Shown here in pieces: positions 27,201 through 39,981 of a stretch of DNA of 64,000 nucleotides. This DNA comes from Oedothorax gibbosus (Eukaryota). The position numbers were made by a program, and so were the translations under genes. The first letter of the stretch is position 1. The number at the start of each line of letters is the position of its first letter. Location of the stretch: positions 14,993,400-15,057,399 of the forward strand of contig CM033278.1 in NCBI GenBank assembly GCA_019343175.1. Reading direction: 5' to 3'. The notes under the pieces were generated by a model that saw nothing but the letters and a program-made list of their open reading frames with translations, ran no database searches and was not told the DNA's origin.

Positions 27201-28165
27201 GTCCGTCTGTCTGTACGTCCGGATGGACATAAATCTACTATCTGTCGGCGAATTTCCCATTGAATTAGCATTGAAATTCAATTTTGAGGCATTTAAATCA
27301 CTGTAGGTATTGAAATGCGGTTGATGTCCATCTGTCTGTTCGGATGTCTGTCTGTCTTTCGGTCTGTCTGTCTGTCCGTCCGTCTGTCCGTATCCCTCTT
27401 CCAAAATCGGTTTTATCCCTCGGATCTTAAAAATTCTTTTTTTGCTTGAAAGCTATGACCTTAGATACCCAACTTTCATACTTTTTGTCCGTCTGTCTGT
27501 ACGTCCGGACGGACATAAATCTACTATCTGTCGGCGAATTTCCCATTGAATTAGCATTGAAATTCAATTTTGAGTCATTTAAATCACTGTTGCCAAATCA
27601 ACAATGGCATGAGAAACTTTAATTTAAACATATTTGAAGCAAAATAATATTTTCATGAATCAGTTTGGAATAACGTCATAAAATGTAGAACAATTTGATT
27701 CTTTGATTATTCATTAATTATCTACCAAGAAAGCGGCAAGGCATACTTTTGCATGCAATTATGCTTAGTTTTAATTTACAATTCTTGTTTTTTAATGCAG
27801 TTCGGAGTAGTTTCATTACTTTTGTTATTAATAAATATTTATTCTTCGAACTACAAATGAATCACGAGCAGATGATAAATAATATTTAATTAATTTGCGA
27901 ACGAATATTAAGGAAAATAGTTGATTTTGGCTTTTAGAAGTTTAAATTATAGCTGGGTGCTGTGTTTCGATTTTTTTTCTAATGTGTATAAATCTAGTGT
28001 AGAAACGGCTGTTGATGATATTTACTTTAGGAACCTAGTTTTTTTTCCCGATTAGAACTTCAGTAAGTATTTAAGTAACAGGAAAGTAGGCTATTTTAGT
28101 TCTTTATGAACTTCTTGTTTTAATTCTTTCGAATTAAAAAAAGAAAAGTAGGCTAAAATTGGTGT
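24252..28165. mobile_element. Foldback-like long palindrome complex. The symmetric part is about 25036-28160, centred near 26470-26505. Each arm is an outer unique ~540-bp segment plus 4 tandem ~300-bp subrepeats containing (GACA/GACG)n tracts. An extra direct copy of outer segment + one subrepeat lies at 24252-25035.
   Basis: 27590-28160 is the reverse complement of 25036-25615. Core units on + start at about 24795, 25625, 25916 and 26221. Four inverted core units occupy 26510-27590. The centre 'catgtcaatacctactttttcattttTTTAATTCTTTCGAATTAAAAAAAgaaaagtaggctaaaaatgaaaaagtaggtattgacatg' is palindromic. The ORFs here (e.g. 'MGNSPTDSRFMSVRTYRQTDKKYESWVSEVIAF') recur on both strands, so they are repeat translations. 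Confidence 0.75.
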
Positions 28166-29479
28166 ACGCTGAAATGTAGAAAAATATTTTCTAAAGGTAT
28201 GTTTTTGGGGCTCTTAAATTTGCATGTGCCAGGGCCCTTAAAGTTGTAAGTCGAGTCGAGCCCTGGTTGTAATTGATAAAACATCGTGTAATAATCCCAA
28301 ACGTTTGAAGAAATCAGCTAGATTAAATCGGCTCATAGTGTCGTAATTCAATTACTAGCATTAAAGTTTTAAAAATTCATAAATCATAATTCATGCCTAG
28401 AATAAATAATTTTTTAATTATTAATAAAAAAATACTTATAATTAATATTCAATTAATCATGTTGCACGAAAACGAAATACGATTTTTAATATACTCCATT
28501 ATTATCTTATCAAAACATAATTTTAAAAAAACGATAGAGTTGAATTACGGGCATTTATATAAATATTTATTGATAAAAATTAGAGTTTGACCTACATTTT
28601 TTTTCACTGAATAGAAATAAAACTATCTAAACAATTATCCTTGGTTATTGATCACAAAAGTGCTATCAACGTCTAAACTCTAAAACAAGAATTCATAACG
28701 AACGGACCTCAACATAGTGGGAGAAAAGAGTCAGTTTTTTTTTAACCTCTATACAGTGTTTCCACTGAAAAAAAATTAAAAATCCCTTCCAAGGAACCAA
28801 AAAATCCCTTTTTATCCCTCAGCCGCCAAATTAGCAACCTTTTGCCTCGTATTCTTCTTTTGAATTCTTTACGCCAATGGGAATATTTCTTATGATGTCA
28901 CGCTCTCAAAAATTCTTTTAATTCCAATGCGCACCCTCCATAATAATAAAGTTCAATAGCAAAACCTACTAGCAAGAAACAAGCTCTATGAAATGACGAA
29001 AAAATAACACTAAAAAAAAAAAAAATCCCATGCGCGCGCAACACCAGCGTCACCTACCAACACTTTATTTCGCCAGAAAATGCCATATAACCACAAAAAG
29101 TATTTATCGCCCTCTAGAAATCCGCCAAATCTTTGGCGACAGAAACCTTGCACTTTCAGTTTTGTTCAAAACTAACCATTTTTGAACAAAGTGGCAGTTT
29201 TTTTTAAAAAAATATCTCTAGTTTGACTCATTTTTCTCTTTCAAACCCGATTTATCCCTTAATATCCCTCAATCCCTTTTTCATCCCTCAAGAGGCCAAA
29301 ATATCCCTTAAAAGGGATAAAATCCCTCAAACCCTTTTTTTTTCTGGGCTTCGTGCCTGTTATTGGTCCTTTATTTGTATTTGTAATTTGTATAAAGTGG
29401 GAAAACACTGCCTCTATAGCTTTTTACCTCATTGTCTCTTCTAGAAATTGTGCGGAGCGCACGGTTTTCCCTAACTTCT

Positions 29480-29656
29480 ATGGTTCGAAGCCCTATTTCG
29501 TTTTACGTGGAAAAAAAATGATTCAAAATGTGTGGGAGCTTGCTCCGCCTACTTCCGGTGATGTCATCACTTGAGTGACACCCTTCGCGACAACTCAAAC
29601 CATAAATAGACAATGCGAGTATTCAGACCATCTTTTGTTTACATTTCATTTTAAAG
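29480..29656 (+). promoter_or_regulatory. Candidate non-coding first exon or core promoter of the integrin beta gene (speculative).
   Basis: A GC-richer island 'ccgcctacttccggtgatgtcatcacttgagtgacaccc' contains a CRE-like palindrome TGATGTCATCA. It is followed by consensus donors 'AAAG|GTAC' (29657) and 'AAGG|TAATT' (29670). The ATG exon at 32095 begins with an acceptor ('tttttcag|attcgaaaatcaacaATG'), which implies an upstream 5' exon. Confidence 0.25.
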
Positions 29657-32109
29657 GTACTTTTCAAAGGTAATTGTAATTAATATATTTAAATTTTAAC
29701 TTATGATTTCACACAAGCAAGAATATCTTAGCATTTGTCTTTCCTTGCTGTAACCTTTTTGTTTTCCTGTTTTATTTACAAAGCAAACGCATATGATCTC
29801 GGCCATCTGAGTCAGGTATGTTTCATGTTTTGAATGTAATTCACCTTTTACTTAAACATTTAGTAAATTTTTGAATTTTCACGGATAATTTACTTGAAAA
29901 ATGTTTAAAATGTGGTGTTGTTGAACATTTTATAGTACATATTTAAGCTTTTGGCTTGTCTTTACAAAAGGCTGATTATTTTACCTTTTATAAATCAAAG
30001 TTCGTTCATATAGCTGCTTAGTTTATATCACAATAAATGTAACAATAAAATTTAATGTAAATTAGCTACAATTTTATCAATGTTTCTTTTTTAATGTTAT
30101 TACCGGATTTAAGAGAGGGGGTTACCGGGTTATTATCACCACGCCCTTTTACCGATTTTGATGTCTCAAAGCCAGCTGATGTAAATTTTAAAATATCGTA
30201 GTGAATCCCCAAGTAATATTCTTAGGTTTATTCATATTAATTTTACCACTTAAAAAACTATTTTAAAAATATAAAGTCAGTGAAACAATTATATTTAAAT
30301 TTAAAAAAAGTATATTTAATTAAAGGCAATATAATACTCTTTTTTTTACTGATTAGTTTTGTCAGTGAATGTATAATTCCATCTATAACATTGTACATAG
30401 TTGTAATGAAAGTGGGACAAATATCATCTTATTCAGGTGTGAATAAAGATTTACCTTATATGGGAAAACTGCATTTGAGCTGTACTTTTGAGATGTTGAA
30501 GGATGCCTGAGGCAAATTGTAATCAGAAGCTCTCTATCTTCTTTAAAACTTAAAAATCAGCATTACACACATTATTTTCACTGTCCATATATTCCATGGT
30601 ATCATGTCCGTTTGTAAAAATTTGCTTAAAGTTTGCACTGAAAAGATATTATTTCTTAAAGTAATTAAATACTTTAACTGGAAAAAAAACTATATTTTAA
30701 TATTTACCCGTGTCTAGGAAGCACAAAAAAAAAAAATTCTAACAATGTTTTATCTTAAAAATATGTGTATATTTACACCCATGATGTCAAACCTTGACTA
30801 GTTTTATCTCTAATACGTCTGATATCAGAAATGAAATAAAAATAGTTTTTTTTATTCCAGCAAAACAGTGTTTTATACCCAAAGAATTTTTTTTAGACTT
30901 ATCCTTTACCTTTCTTATCCTTTACCTGATTCTTTTCAAAGTGTATCAACCCTTTAGATGTAATTAGAAGGTCACTTGAGGGGCACCTTAGGTCCTCAAT
31001 TCATACCAACATAATTCTAATCAGGTTACCCCCTAAAAATATTATCATTGAAATATGTCGTTAATAGCCTGCATATGCTCCTGATTTTATGTTTGAACAT
31101 TTGTCTGAATTATTTTTTGTACCTCAAAATTTGACAAAAAATTGGTAAGCATTAAAAAATATAATTTGCCTATTAAAAACTATTTTACTCTTAGAAATTA
31201 TAGCTTCTAAATGTAAACTTTGACCCCATTTTAGCTTCCACACTACGTTTATAACGTAAAAAGTGGAAGGTTTTATAATCGTTCAGTCCGTCCGTCTGTC
31301 ACCCACTTTCACAGAACGAACAGTAAGTCTCACAAACAAGTGGGATACGTCATTTTGAAGCAAAAAAAAAACAGATTAGGCTACATTCCAAATTTCATTA
31401 AAAAATTTATATAGAAGTTTATTTAAAATTTAAATAACTAAAAATTTAATCTACATTGAAATAACATGCAAATTCCATTTTTATTCAATATTTTCACTGT
31501 TTCCATTTTGTTAAACGTACAAGAAACTTTATTTAAAATAAAAATAAAAACTTTTGAAAGAATATTTATTTATGTGATATATCGATAATTCAGTTTGGAT
31601 TGTTTTAATATCACAATAGAGTTCTTTTGATGGTTCATTATATATGTATGAGGAAGAATGCATAGAGAATTCTAACTTTGAATAAAAAAAATAAGCGAAA
31701 GTTCGCTTTGAATTAGAAATAAATTATAAGCTGAAGGCCCTGTTTGACGAATTTTTTTCAGAGGTTTATAAATAGTGCGTTTTTTGTTGAACACAAATAC
31801 TGTGTGGAAGCGGTTAAGTGTCAGATTCTGTAACAAACCTACTTGTTTAAGTTTAACATCCCCGAATCACCCTAAATATAACTACAATTTTAAGTCTCGT
31901 TTATTATCAGAAACAAGGTTTAATCTTCTCTTGTATTCCCATAGGTCCTAAGAGACCAATTGGTACTCTATTGGCCCATTACACCTTCATATCCTTGAAT
32001 CAAATATATTTTTAAAGTATATAATTTGTATAATAATTTATGTTCCTGTAATCTAATTTAATTTAATCTCCAAAATAATAAATTTATTTTTCAGATTCGA
32101 AAATCAACA

Positions 32110-32158
32110 ATGTCTCCATTTATCCTTTTGCTACTAGTCAAACTTTGCGTTGCACAAC
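32110..32158 (+). CDS. Integrin beta subunit, coding exon 1 (signal peptide MSPFILLLLVKLCVAQ; phase 1 end).
   Basis: ATG at 32110 in a 5'UTR exon starting 32095. Hydrophobic signal peptide. Donor c|GTATGT at 32159. Confidence 0.7.
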
Positions 32159-32317
32159 GTATGTACCCTTTCTTGTGAATTTTAATGTATTTAAATTTGT
32201 ATTTAATTTGTTATGTGTGTCAAACGTTTATAAAACTTATTTACAGCTAGAAATATTTTGTTGTTTTCATTGAACAAAATATATTTATTGTTTAATAATT
32301 AACTTTCTTTTATTCAG

Positions 32318-32418
32318 TGCCAGTTCCAGAAAAACTAACTGGGAATCCTTGCATTTCAAAAGAAACATGTGGCGATTGTATAACAGCTGATCCTGAATGT
32401 GCCTGGTGTTCTCAAGAT
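32318..32418 (+). CDS. Integrin beta, exon 2 (PSI domain: LPVPEKLTGNPCISKETCGDCITADPECAWCSQD).
   Basis: Acceptor tattcag|, donor gat|GTAATG. The CxxC..C..CAWC pattern is typical of the integrin beta PSI domain. Confidence 0.8.
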
Positions 32419-34110
32419 GTAATGCTTTATTTTTGTTTCACTTATCTTATGACTGTAGTTTTAAGATTTGCATGATATGAACATCTTATAATATACTTAA
32501 CCTATAATTTGCATCAATTTTTGTTCTTAAGGGCTATCTTTAATATATATAGTTTTCACAAAGTTCATTGGTAGTATATATTTAAATATTTCTTATTTAA
32601 TACCATTGAGTTTGAAAGTAGTTTTATAATTATCATCTTTCGTTAAAATAGCGAATAATATAATACCTAGTTATAGATGTAATGAATTGAAAATTAACTA
32701 GTTTCAGATTGTTCGTTACCTTAAAAAAACATACGCAAACAGACCTTCTAATTATTTAATAAAATATAGCCAGTGTTTCTCCAAATATTCAGTCATCCAC
32801 CCTTGTATTATGTCAAAATGTAAGAAATTAAATGCAAAGGGGACTGTACTATTTTGTGTTTGAAGAACTGCTCTTAGGACGAGACATTTTTATTTAGGAC
32901 AAACCACAAACGTACAAGTCAAAACGGTAGAATTCTGTAAGATCTAGCACAAACGATGTTAAACAGTCACAATCTTAGCAAGTTCTGGCAATCGGTCGAA
33001 AAGGCAACTACGAATTTTATACATTCTTCAATTCACTACAGTTCAATTATTAAAGTCAGTCATTACGAAAATATTGTTCTTTTTGAGAAAGTCACTTCAC
33101 TACAGACTTTCACTACAGGACATTAAGTGCTTATTGTATTTAAATGCAAAAATAAATGAAATCATTAACATTCAACTAATGACCTATTTATGCTATCCAG
33201 TTATTAGCCAGATATTTACTGTTCTCTATTTTGTTAACGATAATTAAAGTGCAAGTTTGTATCATAAACATCGTGGTTTATACACATAAGCTTTTGTGCA
33301 AAAGCTGCCTTTGATTTGGCCCAGAATTGCGACCCAACTTGGCACATACACAATGTGGCGACTTTAGAAGGACATGGGCCAGTAAGTGTGGAAAGCAAAT
33401 CTTTTAAGTTTGAAACTTGTTATGTTATTACAAAAATTTTTATTTAATTTAGCATCAGGTCTTGAATTTAATAATTTTTAACATAACAAAAAACAGTCAA
33501 AGAAGAAGCTCCCTGCAGAAAAAAATTAGAAAATGTTTTTTGTATCTGTTGGTTCATGCTTCCAGCATGCTCAAACTCTAATTTACATCTTATTATAATT
33601 AAAAAAAAAAATTAACATCACTTTGTTACCTGTTTATAAATCGTTTTAACTTCGGATTTTATTCTTATTTTGTTAGAGATAGACTCAGAGACCAAATACT
33701 TAATCACTTTTTGTGTCTGTCTGCATCCAACTTAATTAAATTGTCCAATTTTTTTCAAAACATGGTATGAATATCCACTAATTGAAACAGAACTTCCTTA
33801 TTTCTTTTTTTTTTTTTTTTTGTTTCCCCTAATAGATTTTTTTACTTCCGTATCCCTATCATAAACTTGTAATCCCTAAAAGTGCTTGTTTTAAAAGCTA
33901 TATAAAATACAATGGAATATTTATTTGTTGCCCGCAGACATCCCATTCCCAAATTAGTTGAAATAAGTTTTTAAAATGTGGGTATTTGTAAAGTTGAGTA
34001 TTAGATTTGGTCATTTGGGGGCCCCTTCAATTTTGAGAAAGCCCAGGCTTCCCGGCTATTCGTGACCCCTTTAACAAATATTTTTTTGTTAAAATGTATG
34101 CAATTTTTAG

Positions 34111-34218
34111 GATTTTACCCTTGATGGAAGCCGGCGCTGTGACTACACTGGAAACTTGCGGGGTCGATGTAATGACGATGATATAGTGATGCCAGGTCAA
34201 GAGATGAAAAAAGTCAAA
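34111..34218 (+). CDS. Integrin beta, exon 3 (DFTLDGSRRCDYTGNLRGRCNDDDIVMPGQEMKKVK).
   Basis: ttttag| acceptor, aaa|GTAAGA donor. Aligns to beta1 'F..ARCDDLEALKKKGC..DDIENP'. Confidence 0.75.
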
Positions 34219-34337
34219 GTAAGATTTTAGAGTTTGAATGCATGCATGGTTTGTTTGAATGGTTAGATGTTTTGAATATACTTGACAAAATTTTTATTTA
34301 TTTTATAATCGGTTGTCATTGTAACTATTATTTTTAG

Positions 34338-34422
34338 GACCATGAACTGAGTAATAAAGGTGTCAAAGAAGGTGAAGCTATACAAATCAAACCACAGGAA
34401 ATTACTCTAAAACTTAGACCAA
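34338..34422 (+). CDS. Integrin beta, exon 4 (DHELSNKGVKEGEAIQIKPQEITLKLRP; phase 1 end).
   Basis: ttttag| acceptor, a|GTAATT donor. Matches beta1 'EDITQIQPQQLVLRLR'. Confidence 0.75.
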
Positions 34423-34804
34423 GTAATTGATTTTTTTCTTCTGTAAATATATAATGAAGTCTTTATTATTACTATTGCTTACTTTATCATTGTGTGTCGA
34501 AAGTCCAGGGTATATTTTTAAATCCTATTTTAATGCTTCCTTATCAAATAAATTAGAGTGCCACATTTAAAAGAAAAAAAGAACTAATCAAATCTGTAAC
34601 TAACTGCTACATTTTTATTGTATAAAAGTTCATTACTTTGGCCACTTTAGCTTCCCCTTAATCTGGTGAGCTTTTAAATCCCTTTCTTACCAACTCTGTG
34701 TACAGTGAATGTTGTGGAAATGGGTTATTAATGTGGTTTTTTAACTGATAAGTAGATGATATATGCTATGCCCATATTTTGACCGAACCACTATAATTCT
34801 TTTT

Positions 34805-35260
34805 ATTAGTAATACTAGCAAATAAATACCAGTTCTTCGCACGGAATAAAAAGTTGTAATTGATCCAAGTATATGTACCATTTAATCCATTATAGGATAG
34901 TAAACTTATGTTATTGTTCCTGCTTATTATAAAGTATAAAATCCTGTTACTTATATTACCTTAAAAATCCCAAATAAAAAGCACACTATAAAATTCCCTC
35001 ATAACATATATAAATTCCCTTATAAACATAGAATTTTTTTTAGCTCATTTGGCATGTTTTCAGTAAGAATTTGGTGAGAAAACAGATATAGCTACAAACA
35101 CACATATTATACAGCTCTAGCACAATGACCTTCGAACAGCAAACCAGTTTGTAAATGTTTAAAAAAAAAATTTGCTCATTTGGCGCGTCTAGAGAAGAAT
35201 TTGGCGAGTTCGGCATCGTATTTGGCGAAAAAATGAAAACAAAAAAACCTAATATGCAGC
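34805..35260 (+). repeat. Partial copy (5' half) of the ~1-kb interspersed repeat, in integrin intron 4.
   Basis: 'tagcaaataaataccagttcttcgcacggaataaaaa...gctcatttggc...atagctac...acaatgaccttcgaaca' parallels 42409-42790. Confidence 0.55.
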
Positions 35261-35571
35261 TCTCTCTACCAAAAGTAATGCTTGGACACGCCCTTCCAAA
35301 AACAAATCTCTAGGGTTGTCAGTTATCACACAAGCAAGGGGCTATCGCCCCGATGCCAAGGAGTTTAAGAAACTCACAGAATGGAGGAATACCAGTGAAT
35401 GTTAAATTTGCAAAACACGAAAGACTTTTCAATAAATAGTCTTTTTACAGAACTTAAAATTATAACTTATAAAATTATACTTTAATTTATAAATTATGCC
35501 TGTGATGTGATTTATATAATTCACGTTTTTTAAATGCGTTTTAAAAACTTACTCTTTTGAATCTGTTACAG

Positions 35572-35800
35572 ATTCTCCATTCCCCTTGCATGTTGAGTTC
35601 CGGCAAGCAGAAGATTACCCAGTTGACTTGTATTATTTGATGGATCTTTCCAATTCTATGAAAGATGACAAAGATAAATTGGCTGAGCTGGGTAACTTGT
35701 TAGCCAGTGAAATGGACAAGATTACAAGAAACTTCCGTTTAGGCTTTGGTTCTTTTGTTGATAAGGTAGTAATGCCTTATGTGAGCACAGTTCCTGAAAA
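35572..35800 (+). CDS. Integrin beta, exon 5 (start of the beta-I domain: [37 protein letters not shown]...[18 protein letters not shown]).
   Basis: MIDAS motif [12 protein letters not shown], plus GFGSFVDK. Donor aa|GTAAGT. Overlaps provided ORF 35586-35804. Confidence 0.9.
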
Positions 35801-36452
35801 GTAAGTTTTTCAGAATATTTACCTACGATAAATATGATTTAAATTTCAGATCTAAAAGACAAAAATCTGAAATCTAGTACACTATGTTATAAGATAATTT
35901 TAGTTTTCTTACCAATATTTTTCAACCAACTAACCCACTTTTATTTCACAGAGTTATTAGATTATGATCACAGGAGCTTTTCAATTATAGAATCGGCAGA
36001 ATTGTGCAATTTCAGGATTGCTGGATCTGAAAATGTTAGGAATCGCACACTTTAAAACAGCCGACGTTTCTGAATTTTAAAATCCCAGGGATTTCTAGAT
36101 TTGAATGCCACAATTTGGTGATTTTACAATCACACAATTTAAAGATTTTATGGTCACTGAAGTTATCAGATTTCAGGACGCCAAATATTATTGAATTTTT
36201 AATTCCAGCAGAGGATTAGGGCAAATTTAAGATTAGTGAAAATTTGTGATTTTAAGATGATTACTTTTGGAGAAATAGCTGGTAGCTATAATAAAAAAAA
36301 GTTGTTACTGACAATTTAACAAGAAAAACTAGTTGTGATATCTTTGACTAAATTTTTTTTGTTGCAAAATAGAATGATTTAGTTGCATTTTGGGACTAGA
36401 GATAGATGCTTACTATATATTCAAATACTTACTAGGGGTGTTTTTATTTTAG

Positions 36453-36624
36453 GTTAAGAGAGCCCTGCTCTGATTGTGCAGCTCCTTATGGTTTCCTGAA
36501 TCACATGCAGCTTACAACAGAAACTGATACTTTTGCTAAATTGGTTAATCAAGCAAGAGTGTCTGGAAATTTAGATGCTCCTGAGGGAGGATTTGATGCC
36601 ATTATGCAAGCTGTAGTGTGTAAG
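36453..36624 (+). CDS. Integrin beta, exon 6 (KLREPCSDCAAPYGF...SGNLDAPEGGFDAIMQAVVCK).
   Basis: The beta-I domain 'SGNLDAPEGGFDAIMQ' equals the conserved 'SGNLDSPEGGFDAIMQ'. tattttag| acceptor and aag|GTAATT donor. Confidence 0.9.
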
Positions 36625-37332
36625 GTAATTATTTTTTGTGGGTTTCCTGCTACTTAACAGATCAACTGATATATACATTAGCAAATTGTGTTATTAATTT
36701 ATTAAATGTCAAACAATATTAAATATTTTCTGTTTAGAAGAATCTAAAATGAAAACATTTGATTTTTGACTTTTTTGTATTACCACAAAGACAAGGCGAT
36801 CTTGTTTAGGAAATAGTGGTACCACATATACAGAACAGACCTGCAAAATCTCTGTATTTTACTTGGTAATAAAATTTTCTACATTCCGGGTACCAAGAGA
36901 AAGCATTTCCTCCTTAGAAAATCTGGCAATTGCTGCATTAATACAGGAATTCAGAAAGTAGTTATTTATTTCCAAGTTAAATCCTAAGAGTTGGAAGGTC
37001 TGCATATGACCAATTCTGTAAGAAGCATTTTAGTGGTGATAATTTTTTTAAAATTAAGTTTACAACGATCCTTCTTGATATATTTCTATTTTAAATTTTT
37101 AAAAATAGATGCTATATTTTCTACCACACACATTTATTTAAAAAAAATAATTTTGGTCAAATATGCCGCTGTTTAATCAAAAGTTTTGTTAATTTGGTAT
37201 TATAATTAAATTAAGTGGCTGTGATGATCAGTGTGTACTATACTTTTTCAACACACTTCTTTTGACTTTTAGATTACAAAAGGACACAAATTATTTTCTT
37301 ATCTAACTTTTTTATAATTTAATATTTTGTAG

Positions 37333-37416
37333 AGAGAAATTGGATGGAGAGAAAAGTCAAGAAAAATGTTGGTCTTCTCCTCTGATAGTGGCTTCCACTA
37401 TGCTGGGGATGGAAAA
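37333..37416 (+). CDS. Integrin beta, exon 7 (REIGWREKSRKMLVFSSDSGFHYAGDGK).
   Basis: Matches beta1 '[25 protein letters not shown]'. Donor aaa|GTAAGT. Confidence 0.9.
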
Positions 37417-38006
37417 GTAAGTATAAAATTGCTGAATGTGCAATTTACTGCATATAGCTAAAAATTTTACTCTTAATATTTTTATAGTTACACAGTGATG
37501 TAAATGTTTCATGGATATTGTTATTATGTGTTAAAGAAAAGTATCTATGTGTAGAGTTTTAAAATAATTTAACAGACTTTCATAGTTATAATTTAATGCA
37601 TTAGAAGCTGTAAAAAAGCTATTAAATTAAACTTTACATTTTTAATACGGAAAAATAATTTGAACTAAAAGTTTTTATTTTAAAATTTAAAAAAAAAGTT
37701 TTCTTACTTGTTGACAACAGAAATCAAGCAGTTGAGAGTGTCTATTTTTTCAAAGAAATTTTTTTACCAAACCAATGTCAAATTTAATGCTAAAATTTTG
37801 CCAATTGGTACCAGATCCGGTGCTTGCCAATTGGTACCAGCTCCAGTGCAAAACATATCGATAATGCTTTTAAACTACACCATGAATTTTCAGTTGTATA
37901 AAAACATCTTTGACTACTTTTGTTCTTGCATAGTTTCTTTCGCTACTTTATATTTCATTCTTAAGATTTGATTTTCAGTAATCTTACCCAAATATCTTAA
38001 TTTCAG

Positions 38007-38270
38007 CTTGGAGGGATTGTGAAACCCAATGATGGCAACTGCCATTTAGACAACAAAGGATACTATACTGAAAGTGTCCATCAAGATTACCCTTCTCTTA
38101 GCCAGATCAATCACAAAATCCAAGAAAATAAAGTCAACATCATTTTTGCTGTCACTGACAACCAAGTTCCAGTCTATGAAAGATTGAGTACTTTACTTGA
38201 AGGCTCTAGTGCCGGAAAACTTGAAAACGATTCTTCGAATGTAGTAGATCTTGTACGAAACCAGTATGAT
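38007..38270 (+). CDS. Integrin beta, exon 8 (LGGIVKPNDGNCHLD...IFAVTDNQVPVYERL...NQYD).
   Basis: Matches beta1 'LGGIVLPNDGQCHLE...IFAVTEEFQPVYKEL'. Overlaps provided ORF 38019-38309. Donor gat|GTAAGT. Confidence 0.9.
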
Positions 38271-38491
38271 GTAAGTTGCAGCCTTTCTTTTTTGTTGGAT
38301 GGAGCATAAAAGCATAAATTTACAAATTGTAGATCTATATAATACTTATATAAGATATTTATAATTAACTTTTTATGTTAACTTATATTTTTTAAAAAAA
38401 AAATTCAATTTTATTGTAACAGTTAATGTATTGTTATAAGTATCAATGTTTTTATTTAAAATTTCAATAATGTTTGATTATATTTCTTTAG

Positions 38492-38568
38492 AAAATTACT
38501 TCAGCTGTAGAAATGAAAGATAATGCTGGAAGTAACATTCAAGTAAATTACTTTTCAACTTGTTTAGG
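38492..38568 (+). CDS. Integrin beta, exon 9 (KITSAVEMKDNAGSNIQVNYFSTCLG; phase 2 end).
   Basis: ctttag| acceptor, gg|GTAAGT donor. Hybrid-domain region. Confidence 0.7.
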
Positions 38569-38991
38569 GTAAGTTATATGCATCATCAGTTCTATTTTTT
38601 TTTTGTTTCATGTATCTGTTAATAGATTCTAGGGATAGATAATATATTAATAATATAAAATTTAAATGTTTTTTTACATGATATTTTATCTAAAAAAAAT
38701 AATTAATATAATTCTTAAACGTTCATCTTGTGTTTATTTGAAAACATTCATCTCAATAGTTCGTTTCTTTTTAATTATTGAAATTAAATTATTGTTTTTA
38801 ACAATTTGTAAATTTTAAGAATACTGCTGATGGAAATTTCCAATTTCATGCTTGTGACAGAAATGTAACATATATCAGAGAGTTTTGAGTTTCCTGAATA
38901 TAAATTTTTGATTAAAATGAAATATATGTACTACAAATCTTATGATAATGCTCTATATTATTTTTTTTAAAATTAAATTTTCCTTTTGCAG

Positions 38992-39043
38992 AACTAAGAG
39001 AGAAAACACCAACATTTGCAAAGGCCTGAAAGTTGGAACTAAT
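38992..39043 (+). CDS. Integrin beta, exon 10 (TKRENTNICKGLKVGTN).
   Basis: ttttgcag| acceptor, aat|GTTAGT donor. A frame change relative to the next ORF requires the 90-bp intron 39044-39132. Confidence 0.6.
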
Positions 39044-39132
39044 GTTAGTATAAGTTTGAAAATTACTCTTCTTTGTACATTTTTACACCTACAACTATTG
39101 CTCACCACTTATGTTTTATTTTCCATATTCAG

Positions 39133-39288
39133 GTAACTTTTGAAGCAAATATTGAAGTTATTAAATGCCCAAAAGACCCCAAAGAGTGGAACCAAACCTT
39201 TCAAATTTACCCTGTAGGATTAAACGAAGCCTTAACAATTCACCTGGAGATGATTTGTGATTGCGAGTGTGAAAAACCTTGGAATGAG
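39133..39288 (+). CDS. Integrin beta, exon 11 (VTFEANIEVIKCPKDPKEWNQTFQIYPVGLNEALTIHLEMICDCECEKPWNE).
   Basis: Matches beta1 'VQFEISITSNKCPKK...[24 protein letters not shown]'. Acceptor attcag|, donor gag|GTATTA. Overlaps ORF 39073-39300. Confidence 0.85.
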
Positions 39289-39838
39289 GTATTATTTTAA
39301 GTACAAAACTAAGTTGATATGTATACCTTGGATTTCCATGCCTTTTTCTTTTTTAACAATTTTTTTTAAAGATTTTCTGTAACTATTAAATTAGAATGTT
39401 TAATGAATTCAATATGAATAGTACTTTAAATTTATAAAAAAATGCAATTCTTCATATGTAAAACTTCTCTAGAACATAAAGAGCAATAAGGTTGCAATGC
39501 TGTTGAATGAATTTTTTAAAAAGATTTGAGTGGGAAACCTGCATAAATTTTTTTCGGTGTTAGCATTTGTAAAAGGATTAAAATATCACTTGCATGTTTC
39601 ACCAGTTTCCTTAGCTCTTCTCGCACAGTTTAATCAATTGTTATGTGAACATATTGTATCATTCCTCAATCAATACTTAACTTTCCGTTAAGTTTTTTTT
39701 GTTGCACAGTTAATTTTTTTCTATTTAATAGATGTTTTTTATTGTGCTAACTATGGATAAAAAGCCTATGTATATAATGGTACAACAACTTTAATATGAA
39801 GCAATGCAATATTTATCTAAACTATTATGTTTTGATAG

Positions 39839-39981
39839 GAAAAAAACAGTGAAAAATGCACTTTTGGTAATGGTACTTATGAATGTGGAGTATGCAGTTG
39901 TTATAATAACAGATATGGGAGAGAATGTGAGTGTGATGCTAAAGACAGCGATCAAGCTACTGATGATATTGGATGTTACTT
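39839..39981 (+). CDS. Integrin beta, exon 12 (EGF-like repeat 1: EKNSEKCTFGNGTYECGVCSCYNNRYGRECECDAKDSDQATDDIGCY; phase 2 end).
   Basis: Cysteine-rich, beta1-like '[28 protein letters not shown]'. Acceptor tgatag|, donor tt|GTAAGT. Confidence 0.8.

Noticed and set aside
24741-27404. Family of 61-87 aa ORFs ('MGNSPTDSRFMSVRTYRQTDKKYESWVSEVIAF', 'MSVRLSVCLYPPSKIGS...') that look like a multi-copy small-protein gene cluster.
   Set aside because: They are translations of the tandem subrepeat of the foldback palindrome and appear on both strands purely because of the inverted symmetry. They carry (GACA)n-derived low-complexity peptides.
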